In this document: positions 35,149 to 47,668 of the stretch, one piece after another | How positions within the stretch are numbered: the first letter of the stretch is position 1 | Layout of the letters: each line of letters starts with the position of its first letter | Made by a program: the position numbers and the translations under genes | DNA from: Candidatus Cloacimonas sp. | GTDB lineage: Bacteria; Cloacimonadota; Cloacimonadia; Cloacimonadales; Cloacimonadaceae | NCBI GenBank assembly: GCA_040770845.1 | Contig: JAXGIH010000001.1 | Span: forward strand, 1-53,327 | Direction of reading: 5' to 3' | Length of the DNA stretch: 53,327 nt | Notes under the pieces: model-generated | Seen by the model: the letters and a program-made list of their open reading frames with translations, nothing else | Told to the model about the DNA's origin: nothing | Database searches by the model: none

Positions 35149-35187
35149 TTGTTATTTCATTAAATATAGATATAGAAATTCAGTCAA
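35149..35187 (-). promoter_or_regulatory. Sigma70 promoter of the hydrogenase operon with an overlapping Rex-like operator
   Basis: Minus strand TTGACT-17 bp-TTTAAT; plus strand 35149-35166 TTGTTA-N6-TAAATA matches 10/12 of TTGTTA-N6-TAACAA. Confidence 0.55.
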
Positions 35188-35414
35188 GGGAAAAGTAAGA
35201 GGGTAGAGAGGTTTTAACTTACAATTTTCACTTTCCCTCCCAATAATCATTACCCCACCAACTATTACACATACAACCAAGCTATAACTGGTTCATAAAT
35301 TAAAAAATTGTAAGTTAAAACAAAATCTATTGTCGCTTCCCCCTATATTTTAATGTTGTTTATTGTGCCCAAACGAATTATTATATCTTTAGCGGAAACA
35401 AAAGGAGGAGAAAA

Positions 35415-36095
35415 ATGAAACTTCAATATTTGGGACATTCGGCTTTTCTGTTTTCAGATAGCCAAAATCGCACAATCCTTATAGACCCTTTTTTAACAGG
35501 TAATCCCCTGGCACCTGTAAAAGCCAGTCAAGTGAAAGCGGATTATATCATTCTTACTCATGCCCATTCCGATCATATAGGTGATGCATTAACCATAGCA
35601 GATAAGCGAAAAACCACAATTATCTGTGTAGTTGAGCTTGCTTCCATAATTTCCAAAAATGGCTATAATACTCATCCTCTGCAAATAGGAGGCGCTTTTC
35701 AATTTCCTTTCGGTAAAGTAAAAATGGTTACTGCTTTTCATGGTTCCTCAACCTCTAACGGTCTTTATGCTGGTTTAGCTGCAGGAGTTGTTTTCAAATT
35801 GGACCATAAAACCATTTATCATTGTGGCGATACAGGCATTTTTGGAGATATGAAATTGATTGGGGAAATTGATAAAATTGATGTTCTCCTTATTCCTATC
35901 GGTGGCAATTATACAATGGATATTGAGGATGCCGTGCGTGCCGTCAGTTTGATTCAGCCGGAATTGGCTATTCCTATGCACTATAATACTTTTGATTTAA
36001 TTAGAGCTAATCCGCAGGAATTCGTGGATAAAATTACTGCTAACGGTTTTGCAGGAAAGGTGTTAAAACCGGGAGAAGAACTCCAGTTTTCCTAA
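35415..36095 (+). CDS. Metallo-beta-lactamase-fold metal-dependent hydrolase (UPF0173-like)
   Basis: YLGHSAF, ILIDPF, THAHSDH, HCGDTG, PIGGNYTM, IPMHY. Confidence 0.92.
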   Translation: MKLQYLGHSAFLFSDSQNRTILIDPFLTGNPLAPVKASQVKADYIILTHAHSDHIGDALTIADKRKTTIICVVELASIISKNGYNTHPLQIGGAFQFPFGKVKMVTAFHGSSTSNGLYAGLAAGVVFKLDHKTIYHCGDTGIFGDMKLIGEIDKIDVLLIPIGGNYTMDIEDAVRAVSLIQPELAIPMHYNTFDLIRANPQEFVDKITANGFAGKVLKPGEELQFS

Positions 36096-36537
36096 ATGTT
36101 TTACTGCGTGAATACAAAAACGGGATGACAAATTCGGAGAGGGTAAAAGAAATTGAGTTTTTTGTATAATAATCTGCCAACCCTTTTAGCAATGGGGAAT
36201 TTATTTAATACATTTTAATTACATCTAACTAAAAACACTTCTTCTTTAATAGCATTGCTTACCCATTTTACCCATTACGGATGCATCCAATGAGTCCATT
36301 GATCAGGCAATGCTATTAAGATCAAGAATCATAACTACAAGACAATGGAACCATAACTACCGGAATGAAATATGGAATATTGCAAAAGAAGATAAAACGG
36401 TAACCAACTTGGAATTGATATTTTTATGGAGGGGAATTAAATAAGCATACAATTTAATTTGTCATAAGTCATATTGTCAAGGAAGTTATCTTGAAAAACA
36501 TACATATCAAAGCGCAAATAAATCCCGACTTATTTTT

Positions 36538-37000
36538 CCGGATGAACGACATCCCCGTCGTTCCAACCCCAGAAAACGACGTCGTCGTTCACAAACCCCG
36601 GAAGAACGACGTCCCCGTCGTTCACAAACCCCGGAAGAACGACGTCCCCGTCGTTCACAATCCCGGAAGAACGACATCCTCGTCGTTCTCAAACCCCGGA
36701 TTAACGTGACGTCCCTGTCGTTCTCAAATCCGGAAGAACGACGTCCCCGTCGTTCTCCGGAAGAACGACGTCCTCGTCGTTCACAACCCCGAAGAACGAC
36801 GTCCCCGTCGTTCTCAATCCCGGAAGAACGACATCCCGTCGTTCCATCCCCGGAAGAACGACGTCCCCGTCGTTCTCAAACCCCGGAAGAACGACGTCCC
36901 CGTCGTTCACAAATCGCGGAAGAACGACATCCTCGTCGTTCTCAAACCCCGGATTAACGACGTCCCCGTCGCTAATCGAAGAACGACGTCCCCGTCGTTC
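36538..37000 (+). repeat. Tandem array of about 15 REP-like palindromic units (consensus CCGGAAGAACGACGTCCCCGTCGTTC(A/T)CAAAC, ~30-33 bp period)
   Basis: Units counted by eye; each forms the hairpin GAACGAC-GTCCCC-GTCGTTC; linkers are short and similar. Confidence 0.92.
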
Positions 37001-37100
37001 AATTGTTAAAAATCAATCTTTTAATGTTGCTTTTGTTTATGGTTGACGGGGACGTCAACGATCCGGTTTTTGAGGTTGACCAGTAGGTCAACGATCCGGA
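36978..37100. repeat. REP doublet (REPIN/BIME-like) copy 1: forward REP, AT spacer, inverted variant REP
   Basis: GAAGAACGACGTCCCCGTCGTTC-AATTGTTAAAAATCAATCTTTTA...TATGGTTGACGGGGACGTCAAC. Confidence 0.75.
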
Positions 37101-37299
37101 AGTCAGGTCATTTACGCCTTGATAACTGAAAACTTTGAGATAACTTTTAAGGCGTATATGACTATGACGACGATTGTATTTCTTACAGTTTTTTCAGATT
37201 TTACTTTGTAGGTCTATTTTGCCGTCACTAGTCCTCTGCCAAATGAATTATAGGAAAGTGTAAAAGATATTTTAGCAGTGACGACTCTGACTTAATCTT

Positions 37300-37450
37300 G
37301 GAAGAACGACGTCCCCGTCGTTCACAAACGAAGAACGACGTCCTTGTCGTTCAATTGTTAAAAATCAATCTTTTACTGTTGCTTTTTTTATGGTTGACGG
37401 GGACGTCAACCTTCCGGTTTTCTTGGTTGACGGAGATATTGACGATCCTG
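37300..37450. repeat. REP doublet copy 2, near-duplicate of 36978-37100
   Basis: Same AATTGTTAAAAATCAATCTTTTA spacer and GGTTGACGGGGACGTCAAC unit. Confidence 0.8.
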
Positions 37451-37567
37451 AAATTTTTCCTTTTTCCTTGACAATTCTTTATCCTTGGTAAATAAGAAAA
37501 AGATGTTTAAGTACGTTTTATCAGACATAAGCTTTTGTAAACAATGAATTAGATAAAGGAGTAAACA

Positions 37568-38357
37568 ATGAAAAAAACGGTTTGGATAATTATTGCCATT
37601 GTAATTTTGTTGGGTCTGCTTGGCTGTAAAAAGAAAGAGAAAACTACGAGCAAGCAGCATCCGCTATTACAACTTATGCCCCTCTGCCATCATTTAAAGA
37701 GGTCTTCGGGGCACTGATCAACTTCAGGTGAAAGATATTTCAGCTGCTGTTCCTGCAGATATTTATAAAACCAAGCAGGAAGAGGTTCGTAACTGCTTTT
37801 TCCGAGGATTGTTGACAGCAGATGCTACAATAGCTGCCAAAGGACACAATAAAAAGCGCCTCAGTCAAATATCTTCCAGGATGATGGATTTAACAGCTCT
37901 TCTGGGTTTGGAGGAAGAAGTAAATCAAATGAGTGCCGAACTGAAAAATTTGCTTGAAAAAGAACAATGGACTGAACTGGAAACCGCTTTGGATAATCAC
38001 AAGAAAAAAGTGGAAGATAAGCTCTGGGAAATGGAAAGTTTTGATAACTACACTCTGATGCTTCTCGGCGGTTGGATTGAAGCTACAAATCGCGTTGCCT
38101 GGCTTATAAAACAGGATTACTCTGCAGAAAAAACCAAGGCATTAAATCAAAAAGGCACATTCAATAGCTTAATCGGCAATTTGAAAAATATCAAAGCAGA
38201 ACATATTACCAGTCAACCTGAATTTCAAGAGGTTTTAGGTTTGATGGAACAGCTTAAAGCGGTTATTGATGCCGATAAAGAAAAGACATATACTCCGGAA
38301 CAGCTGGATCAAATAATTTCGCTGACTAATCAGATTAAAGAGACCTTTAAAAAGTAA
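37568..38357 (+). CDS. Hypothetical alpha-helical lipoprotein, frameshifted near the N-terminus
   Basis: AAGGAG RBS; MKKTVWIIIAIVILLGLLG-C lipobox; continues into ORF 37728-38357. Confidence 0.75.
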
Positions 38358-38382
38358 TTTCTGCTATTATTATGTTACAATC

Positions 38383-38433
38383 AGGTTGGGAAAAAGCAAG
38401 ATTTAAGGATTGCTGATATTGCTTTCCCAACCT
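38383..38433. other. Intergenic stem-loop
   Basis: AGGTTGGGAAA(AA)GCAA pairs with TTGCTTTCCCAACCT. Confidence 0.6.
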
Positions 38434-38548
38434 TATTATCTATGGCTGTTCTATTGAATTCTGATGGGACAGATACAGAATAATGGATTTTTTTGAACTT
38501 TGTGGCAAATTGTTGTTTGTCATCCTGCAAAAAACTAAAAGGAAGATA

Positions 38549-39649
38549 ATGAAAAAAGTAATACTAATTTCGGGTATTCTATTCTTTTCCACCCTGTTAT
38601 TTGCCCAATCCACCTTTTTTTGGATTGAAGATGTTCCCTGGGATGATGGTAAAGCACTTACTATTAAGGCAAATGTTTCTGCTGATACTGTTTACCTGCA
38701 AAAAGCCCTTGATGATGGAAAGTGGCAGACATTATACGCAGCTAACGGCACTAACTTTTCCTATACGGATAGTGGGCTTAATCCCGATGTAAAATACAAA
38801 TACCGTTTACTGGTTCCGCGTCCTGCTTTTAGTGATACCATATTTTTTGCAGCAGTTGCTCAACCGGAAGAACAATGGTTCTATTTACATAAACTTTCCT
38901 ACCTGTTAATTTTGCTTGCTGTTTCTATTGCTATTATTTATTATGTCCAAAATGCTCGTAAAGGAAAGGACTATTATATTCGCAGGATAAGCGGTTTGGA
39001 TTGTATTGAGGACTCTATTGGCAGAGCTACAGAAAAAGGAAAACCCATTCTTTTTGTTCCCGGAATTATGGATTTGGATGATATTCAAACCATTTCCAGT
39101 TTAACCATCTTAAGCCATTTGGCTCATAAAGTGGCGGAATATGATACGGAAATAATTGTTCCCTGCAGGTTTTCTATGGTTTTATCCGCTGCCAGAGAAG
39201 TTGTAAAAGAAGCATATATCAAAGCTGAAAAGCCCGATGCTTACAATCAGGACAGGATTTTTTACTTAACCGATGACCAATTTGGTTATGTAGCTGGAAT
39301 TGATGGAATTATGGTACGCGAACAGCCAGCAGCCAATTTTTTCCTCGGAAGTTTTTATGCCGAATCCTTAATTTTAGCCGAAACCGGTTTTAGTACAGGC
39401 GCAATTCAAACAGCTGGAACCGCTCAGGCAAGTCAATTACCCTTTTTTGTGGTTTCTTGTGATTACACTTTGATTGGAGAAGAACTTTTTGCCGCTTCCG
39501 CTTATCTTTCTCGTGATCCGCAACAGCTGGGTTCTTTAAAGGGTCATGATTTCGGTAAACTTTTAGTAATTCTATTAATTATAGCTGGAGTAATAACAGA
39601 AATGTCTGGCTGGCATTGGTTTAAAGCATTTTTTGAGGGGGCACAATGA
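38549..39649 (+). CDS. Membrane protein with periplasmic FN3-like domain and DUF6754-like cytoplasmic domain
   Basis: Signal peptide, YTDSGLNPDVKYKYRL, TM helix, IRRISGLDCIEDSIGRATEKGKP and CDYTLIGEELFAASAYLS. Confidence 0.8.
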   Translation: MKKVILISGILFFSTLLFAQSTFFWIEDVPWDDGKALTIKANVSADTVYLQKALDDGKWQTLYAANGTNFSYTDSGLNPDVKYKYRLLVPRPAFSDTIFFAAVAQPEEQWFYLHKLSYLLILLAVSIAIIYYVQNARKGKDYYIRRISGLDCIEDSIGRATEKGKPILFVPGIMDLDDIQTISSLTILSHLAHKVAEYDTEIIVPCRFSMVLSAAREVVKEAYIKAEKPDAYNQDRIFYLTDDQFGYVAGIDGIMVREQPAANFFLGSFYAESLILAETGFSTGAIQTAGTAQASQLPFFVVSCDYTLIGEELFAASAYLSRDPQQLGSLKGHDFGKLLVILLIIAGVITEMSGWHWFKAFFEGAQ

Positions 39650-40341
39650 AGTATAAAATCCCTCTTGTCTTTGCCTTTGTATGTGGAATTCTGGTAGTTA
39701 TTTCCGAATTTATTCCCCACCGTCCTTTCAATATGCTGATCACCACTTTACAGGATTGGTTTATGATTATTTCCGGTTTTGCCATTCTTTTAGGGCAGAT
39801 TAGTTTGTTTCAATCAAATATAAAAAAAATCAAGAATAAGAATCCTGACTGGCCCTTTTACCTTGCAGGTTTGATTAGTTTTGCCATAATGCTGGTATTT
39901 GGCTTACTTTGGGGAACTCAAGAATATGCAGGAATTTTGGTCAAGGCGATAAAATCAAGCAGCGAGTAGGTATGAAACCCTTTGACTATTTGTTTAATAA
40001 TGCTTTTATGCCGCTATCGGCAACAATGTTTTCTCTGCTGGCATTTTTTATTGCTTCTGCTGCTTATCGTGCTTTTATTATTCGTAGTTTTGAGTCCAAT
40101 CTGCTGATGATTACAGCTGTAATAGTAATGTTAGGAAGAACAGTTTGGGAGGAATCTCACATCCTGGCTTCCGGAAGGTCTTAAATTTTACATCTTCCCA
40201 TTTTGAGCGATTTTATTATGGAATTTCCTAATTCAGCAGCTCAGAGAAATTCTAATTAGTGCTGCTTTAGGAATTATCGGTAGCAGTAGCTTACGAATAA
40301 TTCTTGGCATTGAAAGGTCTTATCTCGGAGGCGAAAAATGA
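39646..40341 (+). CDS. Hypothetical polytopic membrane protein, frameshifted
   Basis: ATGA overlap with previous gene; PLSATMFSLLAFFIASAAYRAF, ends LRIILGIERSYLGGEK. Confidence 0.75.
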
Positions 40342-41163
40342 GCGTTAACAAAAATACCCAGACCGAACGTAGAATTATCTATCTGGTTTTGTTAATTGCT
40401 GTTGCTCTGCCTTTAATTTTTCCTATTGGCTGGAAAACAGAGGTCTCCAGCTATACAAAAATGGCTTGGGACTTGGTAGAAAACACTCCTGATTCTTCAG
40501 TAGTCGTCTTTTCTTTTGATTACGACCCTTCTACGATAACGGAAATTCAGCCAATGGCAGAAGCAATGCTGGAACATTCTTTTTCCCGCAATCAAAAAAT
40601 TATTGCCGTGGCTCTTTGGCCTCAAGGTGTGCAAATGGCAGACCAGGCATTTACTGTAGCCCTTAAAAAATATCCTGAGAAAAAATATGGCGTGATTATG
40701 TTAATTTGGGCCATAAAGTAGCTGGTATTGTTGCTATTCAGGCAATGGGAAAATCAATGCAAGAGGTTTTCCTTCAGATCAAGCGGTATTAAATATGAAG
40801 ATATTCCTATGCTGAAAAAAGTGAAAACCCTGAAAGATGTTGCCTATATTGTTCTCCTTTCAGTGGAACTCCAAGGGAATTAAAGAATGGGTTATGGCTG
40901 CTCGCGATCCTTTAGGAACCCTGTTACAGGTGGAACTACAGCAGTTAGTGCCCCTGGTTTATTACCTATGCAAGCAGCCAAAAACAGCTCTATGGTTTGC
41001 TTGGTGGACTAAAAGCTGCCTCGGAATATGAGACACTAATTAATAAATCGAAATTTTACAATCATTAAAATGGACGCCAGTCCATTGCCCATTTATTGAT
41101 CTGGCTTTTATCATTATTGGTAATATAAAAGCTTTCTACAGCAGAAAAAGGGGTGCACAATGA
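40338..41163 (+). CDS. Hypothetical membrane-anchored protein with soluble alpha/beta domain, frameshifted
   Basis: ATGA overlap; RRIIYLVLLIAVALPL, FDYDPSTITEIQPM, GLLGGLKAASEYE, AHLLI..IIIGN. Confidence 0.75.
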
Positions 41164-41798
41164 GCGGATTTATGGCTACCTTCGGACTTTGGCTATCAGT
41201 ATTCTTCACTTTAAGCATCTTCAGCTTTCTCTATAAGGATAATCCTTTCTATAAACTCTCCGAACAAATTTTTGTAGGACTTTCCGCTGCCTACTGGTTG
41301 GTCTATTTATATTATAGCGTTATGGTTCCCAATCTGTTTAATAAACTTTTTACGGATTTTAAGGGAAACCTGATTTTGCTTATTCCTACTGCTTTGGGCT
41401 TGATGATGCTTTTGCGCTTAATTCCTAAAACACAATGGCTTAGCAGATATCCGATTGCTATTATGATTGGCACTTCTGCGGGTATTAATATGGTGCGTTA
41501 TGCAAAAACTGATCTCTTGGGTCAAATTAGCGCTACAATGATCAATCCTTTTGCTTCTGATAATGTTATAACTGTTATCGGCAATATACTTTTAATTGCA
41601 GGAACCATTTGCGGTGTCTATTTCTTCTATTTCAGCAAAAAACAGGAAGGCATCAGAGCAGTTCCTTCCAAATTGGGAATCTGGTTTTTGATGATTAGTT
41701 TTGGTGCTTCTTTTGGCTATACGGTTATGGCTCGTATCTCTTTATTGATAGGACGGCTGGAATTTTTGCTGAAGGATTGGCTGCACATCATTAAGTAG
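41160..41798 (+). CDS. Hypothetical polytopic membrane protein (about 5-6 TM)
   Basis: Intact 212 aa ORF with ATGA overlap; FSFLYKDNPFYKLSEQIFVG and FLMISFGASFGYTVMARISLLIGRL. Confidence 0.85.
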   Translation: MSGFMATFGLWLSVFFTLSIFSFLYKDNPFYKLSEQIFVGLSAAYWLVYLYYSVMVPNLFNKLFTDFKGNLILLIPTALGLMMLLRLIPKTQWLSRYPIAIMIGTSAGINMVRYAKTDLLGQISATMINPFASDNVITVIGNILLIAGTICGVYFFYFSKKQEGIRAVPSKLGIWFLMISFGASFGYTVMARISLLIGRLEFLLKDWLHIIK

Positions 41799-41959
41799 TG
41801 AGATGGTGAGAGGGCGAGAGGTCTTGAGGGCGAGAAGTCGAGAGGGAAATTTGGATACCGGAATAAATGATATCCTCGTCATTTCCCGTCTTCGCAAATA
41901 TTATGAACAGATCAAAGTTAAGGATAGCAATATGACTAAAAAAAGAAGCAGGTGAGATA

Positions 41960-42660
41960 ATGAACAATAACAATTCGGATATGCTCTTCAGCGATGTCTA
42001 TAACAATGTTTTTTACCTTTTAGAAACCTGATTCTGCGCATTGCTTGAAGTCGCTAAAGTTATCCATCAACAGGGTCCAGGCTGAAACCCAATGCGGGTA
42101 GCTTCTTTTATCATAGCTTTTAGGTATGCTGAAACTCTTTATCATTTTAAATTGGTTTATGAAGCCATATCCCTGTCAGGAATGGTTCCTTTTGTTTCTA
42201 CCCGAGACCGAGATAGACTTTTAGGGATATGCTTGACGAGCGGAAGCTGTTTAATGATGGCTCATTTGAAAACAGCAAAGAGCATACTTTTTCCTGAATA
42301 CCGAAGCCCACTTCCGAATGGCTCTGTCATCGTAAATTGCATAATTTGAACAAAAATACTAATTTATCTTGTATTCTACATACCCAACAGAAATTATCGC
42401 TCTTTCCAATACATCTTTTTTAAAATTTTCATCGCCAGCGCTTAAATCCAATGCTTTTCTGATGCTTTACCCAGAGGCCATTATTTCTGCTAGGGAATTG
42501 CTGTATTAGGTATACTCTCGGGATGCTGCTCACAAGCGCAAATCTATAAAAGTGAAGCAGGCACTTATCTGGGAAAAACATGGTCTCCTCTTTTAGCGAC
42601 CGATAAGCATTAGACCTTACGAAGTTATCCAATAAAGCCGCTTAAACTGTGGTTGATTAA
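41960..42660 (+). CDS. Possible hypothetical gene, heavily frameshifted or decayed
   Basis: GCAGGTGAG RBS before ATG (MNNNNSDMLFSDV); coding-like fragments including ORF 42092-42349; no family recognised. Confidence 0.3.
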
Positions 42661-42831
42661 GTCCTTGAGAATTAAAAGGTTAGACCTGTTCTTCTCAATG
42701 TAAATCGTTTTGAATTTGTAAAAAATCAAGTCCTTATCATAGCTATGAAATAGGCGTTAACTAAAAGATATTTCGTTGAACTTGACAAGAAAACAAGCGT
42801 AGAAGTTGAAACATATGTATTAAGGAAAGGA

Positions 42832-44570
<1,739 letters not shown>

Positions 44571-44582
44571 GGGGAGGATATT

Positions 44583-44831
44583 ATGGTTTACAAGATTGTG
44601 CTTGTAAAAATTGATCAACGTAGCACTGAAGCTACAAAAGTTCAGGGAATTTTAACTAAATATGGATGCAATATTCGCGTCCGTTTAGGTTTACATGAGG
44701 TCTCTAATGAATTCTGCGCCAATGATGGTTTAGTTGTTCTGGAGGTGCAAGGAGAACAAAATATTCTGGAGAATATGATTTCAGAACTTAATGCTCTGGA
44801 ATATGTGCAAGCCAGGTTAATTGAAATGTAA
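44583..44831 (+). CDS. Small ACT/NikR-C-like protein related to the TM1266 'iron-only hydrogenase system regulator' family
   Basis: 82 aa; VKIDQR..ATKVQGILTKYGCNIRVRLGLHE. Confidence 0.65.
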   Translation: MVYKIVLVKIDQRSTEATKVQGILTKYGCNIRVRLGLHEVSNEFCANDGLVVLEVQGEQNILENMISELNALEYVQARLIEM

Positions 44832-45923
44832 CTATTTCCAGGTATATTTTCCTAAAGTTCCCCGCAAGCCATAGAAAATGAAGTGAAGGGGAAATACAAA
44901 TATCTGAAGAGGATACAAAAAAGCGAGTTTGCTTCTTCCAATTTGCCTTAAATGGCTATAGGAAAAAGCAAATTCGGCTGCTGTTTTAAGCAGTAAAGAA
45001 AGTTTAATCGCTTTACTGCTTTTCTTATGTATAGCTTGCCACAGAGCAATATAAAACAGACAAAAATAGATAAAAATAAAGGCACAAAGACCTTTCAGCC
45101 ACCAGGGATAATATTTGAATTTGGAAGCTCTGCGGATATTTGTTTGATGATGCTTTTTTCTGTCTGTGCCATCAATTGAGGTAACCTGCATTGCTGTATT
45201 GGGATTGTACGCTGCTTTTCTGATATTAGGCATCATTTTTATTAATAGTAAATCGTCATCACCTGATCTTAAATGTCCTATTCCTTCAAAACCACCACTT
45301 TCCAGAAAGGTCTTTTTCCTGTAAACCATATTACAGGCACTGCTGGTAAAAGGAATTTTGTAATATAAGCCCGCTGCAGCTAAAGCATAATTAACACTGC
45401 GTTCAAAATTTTTCAGACGAATGATGCTGTCATCGGGTTTTCTTTTTATAACTGAATAGGAAAGCAGGTAAATTGTTTCTTTAGTAAAAGACCGGTTTAT
45501 TTCTTGTAACCATAAACGGTTCACCCAATCGGCATCGGTAAAAGCAAGAATTTCAAAGCGCGAGTTTTCTATGCCTTTTGTAAAGCAGCTTTTTTCCTGT
45601 TAAGGGTGGGGTCTCACTGTAGAAATTTATAATTTTAAGATTAGGAATATTTTTCGAGTAACTAAATATTCTTTACTGCCATCGCTGCTATGGTCATTTA
45701 CAATAATTATTTCATATTATCTCAGGATAATCCCAAGCAAAGGAATTTAGCAATTTAGCAGATTCTTTATTTCTTTACTGGCTGCGATAATTATGGAAAT
45801 ACTTTGAAAAATATCGGGAACGATTTCTTTTTGTCTTCGGCAATTATCTTATCTACGCCTCGTTTTAGCCAAATTAGAAATGATGAATATAATATTGTAA
45901 ATAGAGGGAAAGCATTTCTTCAT
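44832..45923 (-). CDS. Family 2 glycosyltransferase with C-terminal TM helices, frameshifted
   Basis: SIIIAA, IIIVNDHSSDGS, ILAFTDAD, NMVYRK..F..GGF, SGDDDLL. Confidence 0.85.
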
Positions 45924-47525
45924 TAGCTTTTAACCAGCACGGAATCTGTGAGGTCTATAAATTTTGCCAACTCCGGATTTTCCTGTTTTATATCTTCCAG
46001 TGTTTTGTGTTGAATATTAACTTTGGTAGGAGGTTCCGTTTCCTGCAGTTGCAAAGAGATAGAAATAGGTTTCTCAAAAAGTTCGGAAATAGATTCTTCC
46101 AACTTTTCCTGATTGCTTTTCAAACAGCGGAAATTAGTATTGCTTTCTACTGTTAAACAAAGTTTTCGCCCTTCCACTTTTCTGTCTGTAGTAGCATCTA
46201 AAGCAAGGGCACACATTTGACTGATTTTTTTAGCGCGGGTAATAATTCTCTGCCAAAGCTGTTCCAGATTTTCCTGGTTAAATTCCATTTTAGCTATAGT
46301 TGATTCTTCGTGGTAAGGAACTTCAGCCGAACTGGCTACATAACTGCTTTGAATTGTCTTAGCTGTTGTTGGAGAAGCCATAGATACAGGTTGGGCAAAG
46401 GCATTTATATTAATCTTGCCAATTAAAGAGGCAATATCTTCCATTTCATCAAGCTTGCAAAGTTTAATCATCAGTGCTTCTAAAATAAGGTAGGGATTGC
46501 TACTTCCCCTTAAATCATTTCTACAGGCAATAAGGTAAGAAAGAATATACAGCAATTTGTTCTGCCCGAATAATTCAGCTAATTCATCAAACAAAGAAAG
46601 TTCATCGGGATTTATATCCTTAATTTGAACTTGCAGTTTACGTAATATAAGGATCCTCACAAATTCTTGCATATTGGCTATAAATTCTTGGAGGTCAATT
46701 CCCTGTTCAAAAATCAAATGCAATTCGTTAATAAGACCCTGAGTATCTTTATTGTAAATCAAAGTTAGAAATTTCTGATAGACCTGATTGGGAATCATAC
46801 CAAATATTTGACGGACTTTGTCAATAGTAATATTATTCAAACAATATGAAATTGCCTGATCCATCAACGATAGGGCATCGCGCATTCCTCCATCTGCCTT
46901 ACGAGCTATTAAATAAAGGGATTCGGAATCAATTTTTATCCCTTCCAGAATGCTTATTTCCTGCAATCGCTGAACTATGGAAGCAATTGGAATACGTTTA
47001 AAATCATAACGCTGACAACGAGAAATAATAGTTGGCAAAACCTTTTGGGGTTCTGTTGTAGCAAAAATGAAGATAACATTATCCGGCGGTTCTTCCAGGG
47101 TCTTAAGCAATGCATTGAAAGCATTTTTAGAGAGCATATGCACTTCGTCAATGATGTATATTTTATAATTGGAACTGCTGGCAGGATATAAAAGCTCGCG
47201 TTGCAATTCACGAATATCATCTACACTGGTATTGGAAGCACCATCAATTTCAATTACATCCGGAGAAGTTCCTGCCGTAATTTCCAGACAATTGGAACAG
47301 GCATTACAAGGTGTAGTAGTTGGTCCGTTTACACAATTCAAACTCTTTGCTAAAATTCTTGCCAATGAGGTTTTTCCTACACCTCGGGGTCCTGTAAATA
47401 AATAAGCGTGAGCTATTCTATTTGTAGCTATGGCACTTTGCAGGATTTCCGTTATATGCTCCTGAGAGTAAACTTCTTTAAAGTTCTGGGGGCGGTACTT
47501 TCTGTACTAATACAATGTAACTCAT
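45923..47525 (-). CDS. dnaX: DNA polymerase III subunit gamma/tau; indel near the N-terminus
   Basis: KYRPQNF, HAYLFTGPRGVGKTS, IIDEVHMLS, ALLKTLEEPP, TIISRC. Confidence 0.96.
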
Positions 47526-47668
47526 CTATCCTCACGAAATATAATACAATACTATTATTATGCCAGCTTTCTATAATAGCTTTTTAAGCAAGTATTTTCT
47601 GCTGGACAGATTATCAGCCCTTTATTTTTAAGTGTTTTAAGAAGTTTATTCCAGATGGAGGTTCAAAA

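Noticed and set aside
36491-36957. Repetitive ORFs (36491-36709, 36507-36692, 36701-36910, 36706-36957)
   Set aside because: Translations of the palindromic repeat, open on both strands, with no RBS
36538-37000. CRISPR array or other guide-RNA (TIGR-like) array
   Set aside because: Linkers are only ~3-10 bp and mutually similar, there are no unique spacers, and no cas or other effector gene is nearby
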